DNA of 64,000 nucleotides. It comes from an uncultured delta proteobacterium. GTDB lineage: Bacteria; Desulfobacterota; Binatia; Bin18. The notes under the pieces are model-generated. The model saw only the letters and a list, made by a program, of their open reading frames with translations, did no database searches and was not told the DNA's origin. The translations under genes and the position numbers were made by a program. Positions 19,519 to 29,820 of this stretch are shown one piece after another. Location of the stretch: the NCBI GenBank assembly GCA_963733195.1, contig CAVTCR010000073.1, positions 64,001-128,000 of the forward strand, in the 5' to 3' direction. The number at the start of each line of letters is the position of its first letter. The stretch's first letter is position 1.

Positions 19519-19592
19519 GAGTCCTCCTTCGGAGAATGAAGATGAATGAAGAATTGAAGAATGAAAAGAAGTTTTTCATTCTTAATTCTTCA

Positions 19593-20054
19593 TTATTCTC
19601 TAATTCTTTCTCGCATAGCGACCTTGTTACAGGTACACGAGCCGACTTGATGAAGCTCAATGACATTACCGAACGGGTCTTGCACGAAAACTTGATCGGA
19701 ATTGGGACCGACCAGTCCTTTGATCTGCCAATGCCAGAGACCGCGATCTTCAAGTTCTTTCTTGGCTTCTTGGATATTTTCGACAGCGAGGGCAACGTGC
19801 GGTAGCGTCGGATCTTCTTTGTCACTGCGAGCCATTGGCGATCGCCCCTGCGCGCCCATGAGATGAATCTGCGTAGTCTGCTCACCCTGGCCGATGTACA
19901 TCCAGAAGCCGGGAATCGAAGGAATGTTGGGGCGGTGCGAATCGGTATGTAGACCTAACACGTCGGTGTAGAACATGCGGGCTTTCTCGACATCTTCTGG
20001 TGACGTACCGATGCGGATACCGTGATGGTGTAGTTCAACGACTTTTATAGACAT
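19593..20054 (-). CDS. VOC/glyoxalase family protein
   Basis: LHHHGIRI, FYTDVLGL, HVALAV, DPFGNVIEL. Confidence 0.85.
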   Translation of the reverse strand: MSIKVVELHHHGIRIGTSPEDVEKARMFYTDVLGLHTDSHRPNIPSIPGFWMYIGQGEQTTQIHLMGAQGRSPMARSDKEDPTLPHVALAVENIQEAKKELEDRGLWHWQIKGLVGPNSDQVFVQDPFGNVIELHQVGSCTCNKVAMRERIRE

Positions 20055-20217
20055 AACACCCTCCTTAACGGGATTAGATTGTCAGCGCGAATACCTTTGC
20101 TATAGCACAGGATTCCGTCACCAGAGAAGGGTCAACGGTTCCTTTTGTAAGGTTGTTCGCTGCCTACATTCGTGGTACAGGCGAGCAATTGCTGTCACTC
20201 TTCTAAGGAGGATTGGT

Positions 20218-20697
20218 ATGAGCACGACCCAGGCAACAAGTGGTCCAGAGGACCTGTTGGTGCGGTGTAAAGATTTGCCGTGGCATGAACTTGGTCCGGG
20301 AACCCACTTCAAGTTACTACGCGTGAGCCCAGAAACTGGTGTGTGGACTTCGCTCATTAGGATGGAATCCGGCTCACGGTTTTCTGCGCATAAACACCTC
20401 GGTGCCGCTGAGTTCTTCGTTGTCAAAGGATCATTTGACTATCGTGGCGGGACAGCTCGAGCTGGAGACTATGGCTACGAGCCACTTGGGGCGGTCCATG
20501 GAGCGACGACCTGTACTGAGGAGTCGGAGTATATCATCACGACCTATGGTCCGATCGCATTTCTCAATGAAGATGGATCAATCCAAATGGTATACGACTT
20601 TGAAGCAGCGAAACGCTTGTGGGATGAACAGCAGTCGGGCCAGTCAGGCAGCCTAAAGCTGAGTGTGGACGTGCAACCTGGGCGGCGGGGGCACTGA
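20218..20697 (+). CDS. Cupin (ChrR-like / dihydroxyacetophenone dioxygenase-like)
   Basis: FKLLRVS, HKHLG, GDYGYEPLGAVH, YGPIAF. Confidence 0.75.
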   Translation: MSTTQATSGPEDLLVRCKDLPWHELGPGTHFKLLRVSPETGVWTSLIRMESGSRFSAHKHLGAAEFFVVKGSFDYRGGTARAGDYGYEPLGAVHGATTCTEESEYIITTYGPIAFLNEDGSIQMVYDFEAAKRLWDEQQSGQSGSLKLSVDVQPGRRGH

Positions 20698-20710
20698 CCT
20701 AAGCGTCTAG

Positions 20711-20870
20711 AGTCGAGACAAGTCTAGGGCGAGTCTTGGATCAGTCCCAAACAAGTCGCGGACAAGTCAAAGGCAAGTCTCTCCTGACAGCTAAAACTGA
20801 CTGTCTTCGATCTGCCCCAGAGTTGCTTAAGACTTGTCTTTGACTGGCCTAAGACCTGTTTGCGACTTGC
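20711..20870. repeat. Inverted array of 11-bp-period AGTC/GACT units
   Basis: AGTC at 20711, 20721, 20732, 20743, 20754, 20765 and 20776, then GACT-like units at the same period in the opposite orientation. Confidence 0.7.
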
Positions 20871-20891
20871 TGTTGATAATAAGGAGGGGAA

Positions 20892-22185
20892 ATGCCTAGG
20901 CCGGTCCGCTACCGTATCGTCGGACTCATCTTTCTACTTGCGCTCATCAACCATATCGATCGTGCGAATATCTCGATTGCTGCTCCGGTGATGATGCGTG
21001 AGCTGGGCTGGAGTGAAGCCCTTTTCGGCGTGATCTTCTCTGCCTTTTTGTGGGGCTATACCGTCATCCAACTTCCTGGCGGATATATCGCTGATCGTTT
21101 CGGCGGTAAGTTGATTCCCTATTTGTGTCTTGGCTGGTCAATCGCGACGTTTCTCACTCCGCTCGGTGCCACTTCATTTTATCTCATGCTAGCGTTGCGG
21201 TTTTTGGTCGGGGCCTTTGAAGCGCCGATTGTTCCAGCGATGAGTATCACTAATGCAGCATGGGTCCCACGACACGAACTCGCCCGTGCGCAGACAATCA
21301 TTCCTGCCGCGTTAAACGCAGGCATTATGATTGGCTATCCATTAGTGACGAGCGTAACGGCAGCATTTGGCTGGCCAGCGGTCTTTTATCTTTGTGGTGG
21401 TATTGGCATCGTCTGGGCGTTTATCTGGATGTGGGACGGTCGTGGTACACCAGAGGAACATCCGTCAGTGACATCAGAGGAACTTGTCTATATTCAAGCC
21501 GGACGTGTGAAACCAGCATCTGAACATCATGGATGGGGACCAGTGTTGCGTTCTCCACGAGTGTGGACGTTGGCGATATCTTACACACTTTGGGTCTACA
21601 ACATGTGGCTGATGGCCTCATGGCTTCCTTCATACTTGGTGAAGGGAAGGGGATTCTCAGTGAATGAGATGGGAGTACTTGGTGGAGCAATCACCGGGGC
21701 CGCACTAGTTGGCACGGTAGCCGGTGGATGGTTGTCGGATATGCTGTTGCGTCGTGGTTTTAGTGCGAATACGGCACGGAAAACCTTTCCCGATAATTTG
21801 CATGCTCACTGGCGCCCCGCTAATGGTACTCGGCGTGAGTGTTGAGTCTCCATGGTTATGTGTTGCGTTCCTCATGGGAGCACGACTGTTCAACGATTCT
21901 GCTCTCGCAGGATATATGAGCTTACCCACTGAGATGAGTCCGCGGCATTTAGGAGCGATATGGGGATGTATGAGCACATTCGGCAGTTTGGCGGGGATGG
22001 TTGCGGCGATGCTGGCTGGGTATCAAGTGACAGCGACCGGAAACTGGGCGTTACCTTTTTACACCGCAGCGGCTGGAATCATGGCTGCGGCGGCGGTGAT
22101 GGCCTTAGGCGTTTCGGCTCAGCCGCTCGTGCTCGACGAACCGAAACGCGTTTCTGCGATTCGGCCGGAACCGGCGAAGGGGTGA
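20892..22185 (+). CDS. MFS transporter (anion:cation symporter-like); frameshift near 21788
   Basis: NHIDRANISIAAP, QLPGGYIADRFG, WLPSYL, GGWLSD; the C-terminus continues in ORF 21724..22185. Confidence 0.85.
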
Positions 22186-22225
22186 TGAAGAATAGTATCA
22201 AAAAATGAGGTAGGAGAATCAATCC

Positions 22226-23125
22226 TCAGCGCCGTGTCGCGACGAGAATCCCGCTCAGGACGATCACGCCACCGATAAGGTGAGGGATGGTGATGGTCTC
22301 ATTGAGGAACACATAGGCGATTCCAATCGCCATCACTGGTACTAAATTGAGAAAGATTCCCGCGCGACTTGGGCCGAGAGTCGAGACTGCATCATAGAAC
22401 CAAAAGTGTGCAAATGTTCCCAGGACTGTCTGATAAGCAATAGCGATCCACGACGCCCAAGTTGTTTCTGCGAAATTCCACTGCTGTCGTTCCAGAAACC
22501 AACACGCGACGATCAGCCAGAGTGCACCAGCCATATAAGCATACGTCGTCGCTGCCAGGGGCGAGATGCGAAGCATGAGCTGACGTCCATAAATGGTGTA
22601 AGCTCCCCAGCTCACTTGCGTCCCTAAGAGAATCAAGTCACCAAGGTTGTACTGACTGCTAGTAACAACCTCCCACGATCCACGGGTGACGATGACGCTT
22701 ACGCCAATGACGGAGAGAACGATACCAGCAACTGCTCGTTGCGCGAGTCGTTCTTTCAAGAAAACAAACGAGAGGATTGCTAGCGTGACAGGCGATGCTG
22801 CGTTCAATAACGCGGCGTTCGTCACGGTGGTCAATTGCAAACCGTAATAACTGCAGCCTACTCCAACGAGATAACCTGCTGCCCCAAGGAGAAGAAAACT
22901 GCCAACGAAGGAAGGAGTCCACTCCACACGATGAGCGGGATTCCGTCCCATATACAACAACAACAGACCGGTGCCGAGTGTCAAGCGAATCGCGCCGATG
23001 GTCAGTGGTGGGACACTTTGCAACGCGATTTTCCCCGTCGGCATCAGCCCTGCCCAGACGAAGGTGACGAGCGTGAGGAGCAAAAACGCCCGAGTTTCAC
23101 GTGATTTTTGCATAAGGAGGGGCAA
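22226..23125 (-). CDS. DMT/EamA family transporter
   Basis: Two EamA repeats, LKERL, LGPSRAGIFLNLVPV. Confidence 0.88.
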   Translation of the reverse strand: MPLLMQKSRETRAFLLLTLVTFVWAGLMPTGKIALQSVPPLTIGAIRLTLGTGLLLLYMGRNPAHRVEWTPSFVGSFLLLGAAGYLVGVGCSYYGLQLTTVTNAALLNAASPVTLAILSFVFLKERLAQRAVAGIVLSVIGVSVIVTRGSWEVVTSSQYNLGDLILLGTQVSWGAYTIYGRQLMLRISPLAATTYAYMAGALWLIVACWFLERQQWNFAETTWASWIAIAYQTVLGTFAHFWFYDAVSTLGPSRAGIFLNLVPVMAIGIAYVFLNETITIPHLIGGVIVLSGILVATRR

Positions 23126-23298
23126 TGTAGCAGAACAAGAGCGGAGCAGGCAGAGGAGATGGCCAAAATGCTGGAGTAATGAACCGGAAAATCACAATCA
23201 AAGGTCAAAGGCACGAGAAAGTGACATTAGCAACTTTGTCAGTATTTGCTATTTGACTCTGGACTTCAGACGCTGGACTCTCTTTTTGACTTTGTGAT

Positions 23299-23940
23299 CT
23301 ACCAGTATTGCCACTGCTGTGTCGTTAAGACATAGACCCCTAACAGAAAGTTTGTCACAGCATGGGCGACGATACATGAGAATAATGACTTTGTCCGATA
23401 CAACAGCAGTGTGTAGAGCAGCCCTGCAACCATTCCGGCAAACCACTGATTATGCTCGACCCCGAATAATGCCACCGAAATTGCTAGTGCTGATGCGGTG
23501 AATGTCCCCAGCGGGACTTGACGGAAGTCTGGGTTGACCAGATACCGCAACAGAAAAGAGCGCCAGAACAGTTCTTCCATCACCGGCACGACAATTGATG
23601 ATCCAAGCAAGCGAATCGCAATCCACGGCAGCGCCAACGATCCGGCCAATTCGTAAGGATTCACAATCTCCGGTTCACTCATCAACAGATACCCACCATA
23701 GAGTGGGATCCACAACAAAAACACGACGATGCCAACTGTGATAGCAAGCAAAGAGAACTCAGGTTTGATTTCACTATAGGTTTTCCTGAACCATAAGAGG
23801 AGACCACCAGCGACAATAGTCTTGAGCGGATACACCCACAGGAGACTATTCGGAACCCAACGCGCGAGTTCAGTGAGGAGCAGAAAAACTGCAAATGGAA
23901 GAACGTATGGGACGGCTGGATGCGAGAGTAGTGAAGGCAT
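23299..23940 (-). CDS. CAAX prenyl protease-related (CPBP) membrane protein
   Basis: VVPVMEELFWRSFL, LFGVEH, AHAVTN, W-Q-Y-W end; resembles the exosortase-associated subfamily. Confidence 0.85.
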   Translation of the reverse strand: MPSLLSHPAVPYVLPFAVFLLLTELARWVPNSLLWVYPLKTIVAGGLLLWFRKTYSEIKPEFSLLAITVGIVVFLLWIPLYGGYLLMSEPEIVNPYELAGSLALPWIAIRLLGSSIVVPVMEELFWRSFLLRYLVNPDFRQVPLGTFTASALAISVALFGVEHNQWFAGMVAGLLYTLLLYRTKSLFSCIVAHAVTNFLLGVYVLTTQQWQYW

Positions 23941-24570
23941 AAGGATCAGTCTGGAGTTAAGAGCTCGTGAAATTCCAAATCGCATTCAATCAACAGCGGG
24001 TAAGTGATACGCTTGCGGAAGTAATCGGCATCGTTGCACGAATCATTAAACCGCTTGGGTTTTTAAGCACTTACGAAAAATGACCAAAGACACTAAGTCT
24101 GTGAAAAGATTAGATTTCAAATATTCATGCAACCAAGCTGAAGTAATCCATAAAGAGAAGAGAGTGCATGAGTAATGATGAAAGGGTGTGTCGGCCCCTT
24201 GTTCGTTATGGGGAGATCGTTTCCGTATTTGGAATTCACTCGCTTTTGTCTGTCGGTGAGCTTCCTACTAGATGTTCAGTACTAGGGAGACGGATTTGGT
24301 GATCGATAGAAGCCGTCTCAAGTTTGAACCTTCGTCAACGAAACGGTTGCGTCTAAATATGGTGAGTAGAAACAAAAGACGGTTAGACCCAAAAGGGCGG
24401 AAGGTTGTGAGGAGAGAGGATCTCAGCAAAGGGGAAAGGGATGTCTGATCAATAGGGGTCCGCGGGAGCAATTCTATGCTCTTCTTCTCTTCCCTTAGCT
24501 TGTGCCCCCTGCGTACGGACCCCACCAGGAACACAAGAGGCTATGTGTGTATTTACGAGTGGTAGATCAT

Positions 24571-25555
24571 TAGACATTATGCGGAATAACTTTCGCTCAT
24601 GTTCGCAGCCGCCGTTTGCGGTACCGTACGCGGAGATTGTGTAACCGAGAGGCGACAACCATTACCAAGTCTGAGAAGTCCTCTTTGGTATTGTGAAGAC
24701 TCCTTCACGATCCGGGAGCGTTTCACGCCTGCTAGGGCATGCTCCACGCGGACCCGGACGCGCGACAGTTTGCGGTTGTGGCGCTTTTGCCCACGGGTTA
24801 ACGTGCCCTTGCGCGGCTTTTTTTCGGTTGGTGGGTCTGCTGCACTTTGGGTTCATACCCCTGAAAGCCGGTGTCCTGATACAGGATCGTTCCCGGAGGA
24901 TAGCGAAGCGGTTCAGTATCGACGATCTTTTTGTCATGCATTTTCCCGGCATACGTCTGACTCAAATAGCCCACGCGCTTGGTCTTGGCATTGACCACCA
25001 CGATGTTCTTGTCACTATGCGTTTTCTGCTTGCCGCTGTAGTGCAAGGCCTGTTTTGCCGGGTTTTTCGGGCGCTGACGCCGCCGATCGGTGCCGTCGAT
25101 AATCAGCTCCGCCGTTTCCTGGTGGCGGTGTTCATGGGGAGCAAACTTGTCAGGCTCGCGAGTCGGCAAGCACGCCCAACTCGTCCAGCGCTTGCTGCAG
25201 AATCGGCAGCAACCGATGGATCCACCGGTTCACGCGTGACTGGCTCAGTCCAAAGACCTCGCCCAGCAGCGCCTGCAGAGGATAGGTCTTCTGATACACC
25301 AGGCTAAACAGCAGTTTCTGCTCTGTCGTCCTCAGCTGCCCTTTGCGACCGCCTCCCGCCTGTCGCTTGCGGACTACTGCCGTCCGCAGTTTTGTCCTCC
25401 GGGTATACGGTCGCATAGGCGGTGCGAAACGCCTGATGCAACACGACAAACTCTTTGCGTGTCAGCCCCGTCAACGCCAACAATCGTCGTCGGTCTTTTT
25501 TCAATCGGTTATATTCAAGCACCAACCCATTGTAGCTTATTTCGCATAATGTCTA
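24571..25555 (-). mobile_element. IS5-family (ISL2-like, DDE_Tnp_4) insertion sequence, 985 bp
   Basis: Terminal IRs TAGACATTATGCGGAATAA / TTATTTCGCATAATGTCTA. Transposase pieces ALTGLT, IIDGT, YSGKQKTH, DTGFQG, RVRVEHA lie in several frames. Confidence 0.85.
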
Positions 25556-25630
25556 TTGTATACCCACAAGCTACCAAGATTATAGGGAGAAAGAAAATCT
25601 CCCGTTCGATAGACAAGAGAGTACTAATTC

Positions 25631-26857
25631 TTAGCTCAATTCTCGGCTGGAGTAGCCGAGAATCCGGCGGGCGATGATTAACAAATTGATTTGCTGTGTT
25701 CCTTCGAAAATGTCGTTGATTTTCGCGTCGCGCATCCACTTTTCTAGTAACACTTTGCGCGAATACCCCAGGGGACCAAGCAGCTCGACTGCTTTTTGGG
25801 TGACACGGGTGACCATGAGACCGGCTTTGGCCTTGGCCATCGAAGCTTCCAGATTATTGCGCATTCCTTGGTCAATCATCCACGCGGCCCGCCATGTCAG
25901 CAGCCGCGCGGCTTGTAAGTCCGCCTCCATTTCCATGAAGTCTCGTTCGAGGGTCGTAAGCTTGGTCGGCGGCACATGATAGCGGATCGTGACCCCTTCT
26001 TGAGTAAGACTTTCGCGTACCAAGTCAACCGCGGCTCGGGCAATACCTAGGGCGCTTGCGGCCACAAGTGGCCGGGTGGCGTCGAATGTTGCCATCACGC
26101 CTTTAAAGCCTTCGGTTGACTGTTGAACCTCAGGGCTACCCAAAATGTTATCGAGAGGAATGCGACAGTCTTCAAAAACAAGCATGGCGGTATCCGATGC
26201 GCGGATCCCCATCTTGTTTTCCACCTTAGCAACAGTCATCCCCGGTGTGTGATGATCGACCACAAACGCTTTGATCCCGGCGCGACCAGCCGATTTATCA
26301 ACCGTAGCCCAGACTACGACGAACCCTTCTGATTTTTCAACGGCCATGAGCCCGCTGGTACAGAAGATTTTCGTACCATTTAACACCCAGTGATCTCCAT
26401 CCCGCACCGCCGTAGTCGTGATTGCCGCCGAGTCTGACCCACATCCGGGCTCAGTGATTGCCATCGCGCCCCACTTTGGCTCGCCGTCGCGGAATCGAGC
26501 CAAGAAGCGTTCTTTCTGTTCTGGCGTCCCGGCGGCCATGACCGCTGCTCCGCCAAGTCCGGAGTTCGGAATGCTCAAATAGAGCCCAGCGTCTCCCCAC
26601 GAGAGTTCTTCGATCAAGACTACCGCACGTAGGGTACGCTCAGAAGGCTTTCTTTCACTTTTTGTCGACTTTTTCTCGCTCTCTCCGAAACTGATCATGC
26701 TCTTGGAGCCGTTCCACATCATCGTGAGCCATTCCATCGGTTTTTCGTGTTCATGTTCATCATACTCACGTGAGATCGGTCGCATCGTTGAATCTGCAAC
26801 CAGATGGATCATCTGTTGGGTGTTGGCAATTTCGGGAGAGAGGGTGAAGTCAATCAT
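25631..26857 (-). CDS. Acyl-CoA dehydrogenase
   Basis: AMAITEPGCGSD, KMGIRASDT, RDAKINDIFEGTQQI. Confidence 0.92.
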   Translation of the reverse strand: MIDFTLSPEIANTQQMIHLVADSTMRPISREYDEHEHEKPMEWLTMMWNGSKSMISFGESEKKSTKSERKPSERTLRAVVLIEELSWGDAGLYLSIPNSGLGGAAVMAAGTPEQKERFLARFRDGEPKWGAMAITEPGCGSDSAAITTTAVRDGDHWVLNGTKIFCTSGLMAVEKSEGFVVVWATVDKSAGRAGIKAFVVDHHTPGMTVAKVENKMGIRASDTAMLVFEDCRIPLDNILGSPEVQQSTEGFKGVMATFDATRPLVAASALGIARAAVDLVRESLTQEGVTIRYHVPPTKLTTLERDFMEMEADLQAARLLTWRAAWMIDQGMRNNLEASMAKAKAGLMVTRVTQKAVELLGPLGYSRKVLLEKWMRDAKINDIFEGTQQINLLIIARRILGYSSRELS

Positions 26858-27013
26858 TAGACCTCCAAAAAAAGTAAGAAGTGCTGAGGATTAAGTTAAA
26901 AAGGCAGAAGTCGAAATGTAAGAGACAGAAAAGAAAATGAGGAATATCGCCATCTTTTTTATACTGAATTCCGGCTCCTCATTTCTTTTTACTCAGTCCT
27001 CGTCACTCATAAC

Positions 27014-28117
27014 TTAAATCATTGCTATTCCTTCAAACGTTGCGAATCCGCGTGCATTACGTAGCCAGAGTTCAACGAAATGGTCGCGAATATAGCCATG
27101 CCCGCCTAAGACTTGCAGGGCATTATCAGTCACTTTTAGTGCCATGTTGGCGGCATAGTTCTTGGCCAAACAGGCTTCTCGTGTCGCTACTGAGAGGAGT
27201 CCGGTTGGGACATCCTGACCGGCATCGATTTTCCAGGCTGCTTCCCAGGCTAACAGACGTGCAGCGTCTATCTCTACTGCCATCTCTGCCAACATGAAGG
27301 CAATTGCCTGTTTCTGGGCGATTGCTGAACCAAAGGCACGGCGTTCCTTGGCATACGTAGTTGCGTATTCAAACGCTGCACGGGCGACACCCACAGCCAA
27401 CGAAGCTAGAGCCACGCGTGAGCGATTTAGCAGAGGAGATAGGTTACCAACAAGACGAGTGCTCGCTGGTACGCGACAGTTATCCAGAGTCAGTTCATAT
27501 GTTGCGATGGCCTTCAGGCCCATATTCTTTTCTCGCTCGTTGATGGTGAGTCCAGGAGTGCCAGGCGGGACAACAAAAACACTCAAACCTTCGGCGTCGC
27601 GAGCATAGACCAACACATGCTGCGCGTCGGTAGCGAGTGGGACGAAGCACTTGGTACCATTCAGTAGAATATCTCCATTAGCGGCTGTAGCGGTTGTAGT
27701 GAGTTCGTTGATATCAAAGCCAAAGCGTGGTTCAATGACCGCTGCTGTTCCTGCGGTAAAATCACTTCCAGTGTATGTACGAAGCATCTGCTGTTGGGTC
27801 TCGTTGCCCAGGGCAATCAGCGGTTGTGTGACCAAGTGAGGTGCGAGTACATGCAAAGCAATCGACAGATCTCCCCAGGCGAGTTCTTCGCAGACTAGTG
27901 AGCCGGTAATGGCAGATGGTGTTTCCCCGACGCCACCAAAGGCTTCAGGGATTGTGCTCTGAACGAGGCCAAGTTCCCAGGCTTGTTGGACAAGGGACGA
28001 TGGAATTTGCCCATTTTCATCAGCTTCTCGTGCCACTGGACGAATCTGCTCACGAGCGAACGTGGCAACCGTGTCACGGATAAGTTGCTGTTCTTCTGTT
28101 GGTTGAAACCCTACCAT
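27014..28117 (-). CDS. Acyl-CoA dehydrogenase (partner subunit, FadE23/FadE24-like pair)
   Basis: EELAWGD, ERRAFG, QAIAFMLAEMA, QVLGGHGY. Confidence 0.9.
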   Translation of the reverse strand: MVGFQPTEEQQLIRDTVATFAREQIRPVAREADENGQIPSSLVQQAWELGLVQSTIPEAFGGVGETPSAITGSLVCEELAWGDLSIALHVLAPHLVTQPLIALGNETQQQMLRTYTGSDFTAGTAAVIEPRFGFDINELTTTATAANGDILLNGTKCFVPLATDAQHVLVYARDAEGLSVFVVPPGTPGLTINEREKNMGLKAIATYELTLDNCRVPASTRLVGNLSPLLNRSRVALASLAVGVARAAFEYATTYAKERRAFGSAIAQKQAIAFMLAEMAVEIDAARLLAWEAAWKIDAGQDVPTGLLSVATREACLAKNYAANMALKVTDNALQVLGGHGYIRDHFVELWLRNARGFATFEGIAMI

Positions 28118-28337
28118 AGTGGAAATCTCCTCCTGTTACCCTAGCGAATCGTTAAGGTGGGCGTCTAGTACGACCGACCTTCAGTACGATAACAAGGTCG
28201 CTTTTCTCGCTACAGACCGCATGGTAGGCTTCATTCCCGCCGATTGCTGGAAGGTGACACCAGTTCCTATTCTTGCTCTCCACCAATGTGGTGGACAGTC
28301 ATACGGCGAAACGAACTTGCATTCTAAGAGGTGCAGT

Positions 28338-28648
28338 ATGGATTTTACTTTCACACCAGAACAGGAAGCCTTTCGGGTGCATTTGCGCAACTCAACGGCA
28401 AAGTCCCTGGACCGGAAAGTTCGTTCGGTAAATTGCATGCGACCGAACTCAACCTGCGTGTCGCGATGTTTGCCGAAGAGTTACTTGGACCGTATAGCCA
28501 GTTAGAACGTGGATCGATTGGTAGTGTTGAAAATGGCCGCTGGCTCTATCGTGCCCTACGCGCTCGTGGACTCACCATTGCCGCCGGGTCAAGCGAAATT
28601 CAACACAACATCATCGGCGAGCGCGTGCTTAAGTTGCCGAAGGGGTAG
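28338..28648 (+). pseudogene. Internally deleted acyl-CoA dehydrogenase
   Basis: MDFTFTPEQEAFRVHLR N-terminus (GAGG RBS) joined out of frame to the C-terminus ...TIAAGSSEIQHNIIGERVLKLPKG*. Confidence 0.75.
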
Positions 28649-28680
28649 AGAATCCGGCTCCACGTAGGTCAGTGAAATAA

Positions 28681-29664
28681 TCACATGAATGCAAGTACCG
28701 CAGCATAGACGCCCTGAACAACCTGTGCCATTCGTTGATAGTCGAGTGTGTCAGGTGTGTCGTTCCGAGTATGGTAGTTCGCGTTACGATAGAAAGCAGT
28801 ATCGGTGATCATTACTGCTTTGTAGCCCTCATCCCAATAATTGGAATGATCCGAAAGATCGATGCCAGGGACAATTCTTGGAGCGTTGATCGAGTACACT
28901 GGTAATGGTGAAGCGCTTTGCATTGCTTTCTTGACCCGACGAACTGTAAGCCCTTGTGTGAAATTACCGACAACCGCAATGAAATTGCCTTGCGAGGGAT
29001 AAAATGCGGCCAGCAAAGAGAAGGGAAAACGCTGGCTGTGTGGCGCGTCGTTGAAATATCCGATCATCTCCAACGAGAACATGACGCGGACTGTCAGACC
29101 TCGCGCTTTTAACGATCGAGCATGCAGGGCACTTCCCATCAGCGAGGTACGGAAGAATGGTTGTTCTTCAAGGGTGAACCCGACCAACTCGATGCAGGTC
29201 TGGGGAGGATTTTTGCTTATGAGGTATGCAAGCTCAATAAGACCGGCGACGCCGCTGGCGTTGTCATCCGCTGCTGGTAGCGTCCCTGCTGCATCATAGT
29301 GAGCCCCTACTACGATACAGTCCTTCGCATGAGGACCAAACCGTGCAACGACATTCCGGTAGGTGATACTTCCTATCGGAAAAGGCTGCTCAGTAATGTA
29401 TCCTCCTGCTTCCTCGAACTGTTGACGAATGTAGGCTGCGGCGCGATCTAAAGTGTCTGGCGTTCCCGCATCTCGCGGAAAGAATGTTTCAGAGAGTTGC
29501 CGGACGTGGGTTTGCAGACGGGAAGGGCTCACCGCTATCACGTGACGTTCTCCTGGGTCGAGTATCACAGGTTGTGTAACCCACCCCCAAAGAATGAAGA
29601 GGAAGAGAAACCCCCAAATAAGTAGGAACAGCCCTCTGCGCAGCAAGCGAGATAAGACTTCCAT
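28681..29664 (-). CDS. M28 family peptidase
   Basis: VVGAHYD, ADDNASG, TLEE, LEMIG, SDH, YH. Confidence 0.88.
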   Translation of the reverse strand: MEVLSRLLRRGLFLLIWGFLFLFILWGWVTQPVILDPGERHVIAVSPSRLQTHVRQLSETFFPRDAGTPDTLDRAAAYIRQQFEEAGGYITEQPFPIGSITYRNVVARFGPHAKDCIVVGAHYDAAGTLPAADDNASGVAGLIELAYLISKNPPQTCIELVGFTLEEQPFFRTSLMGSALHARSLKARGLTVRVMFSLEMIGYFNDAPHSQRFPFSLLAAFYPSQGNFIAVVGNFTQGLTVRRVKKAMQSASPLPVYSINAPRIVPGIDLSDHSNYWDEGYKAVMITDTAFYRNANYHTRNDTPDTLDYQRMAQVVQGVYAAVLAFM

Positions 29665-29820
29665 TCTTATCGCAACTTAACACTGGTTATCGTGTCTCGC
29701 GATCCTATCGAAAAATTCTGACAGTATAGTTGTGATCTTCCCGACACGAAGTTCAGGAGGCGGTGGAAGCGTCACGCGAGTTAGGCTTATGATGCGGCCG
29801 CCGCTACTGGACAGCCCACC

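Noticed and set aside
20711-20870. CRISPR array
   Set aside because: The period is only 11 bp with 4-6 conserved bases; there are no spacers and no cas genes in the window.
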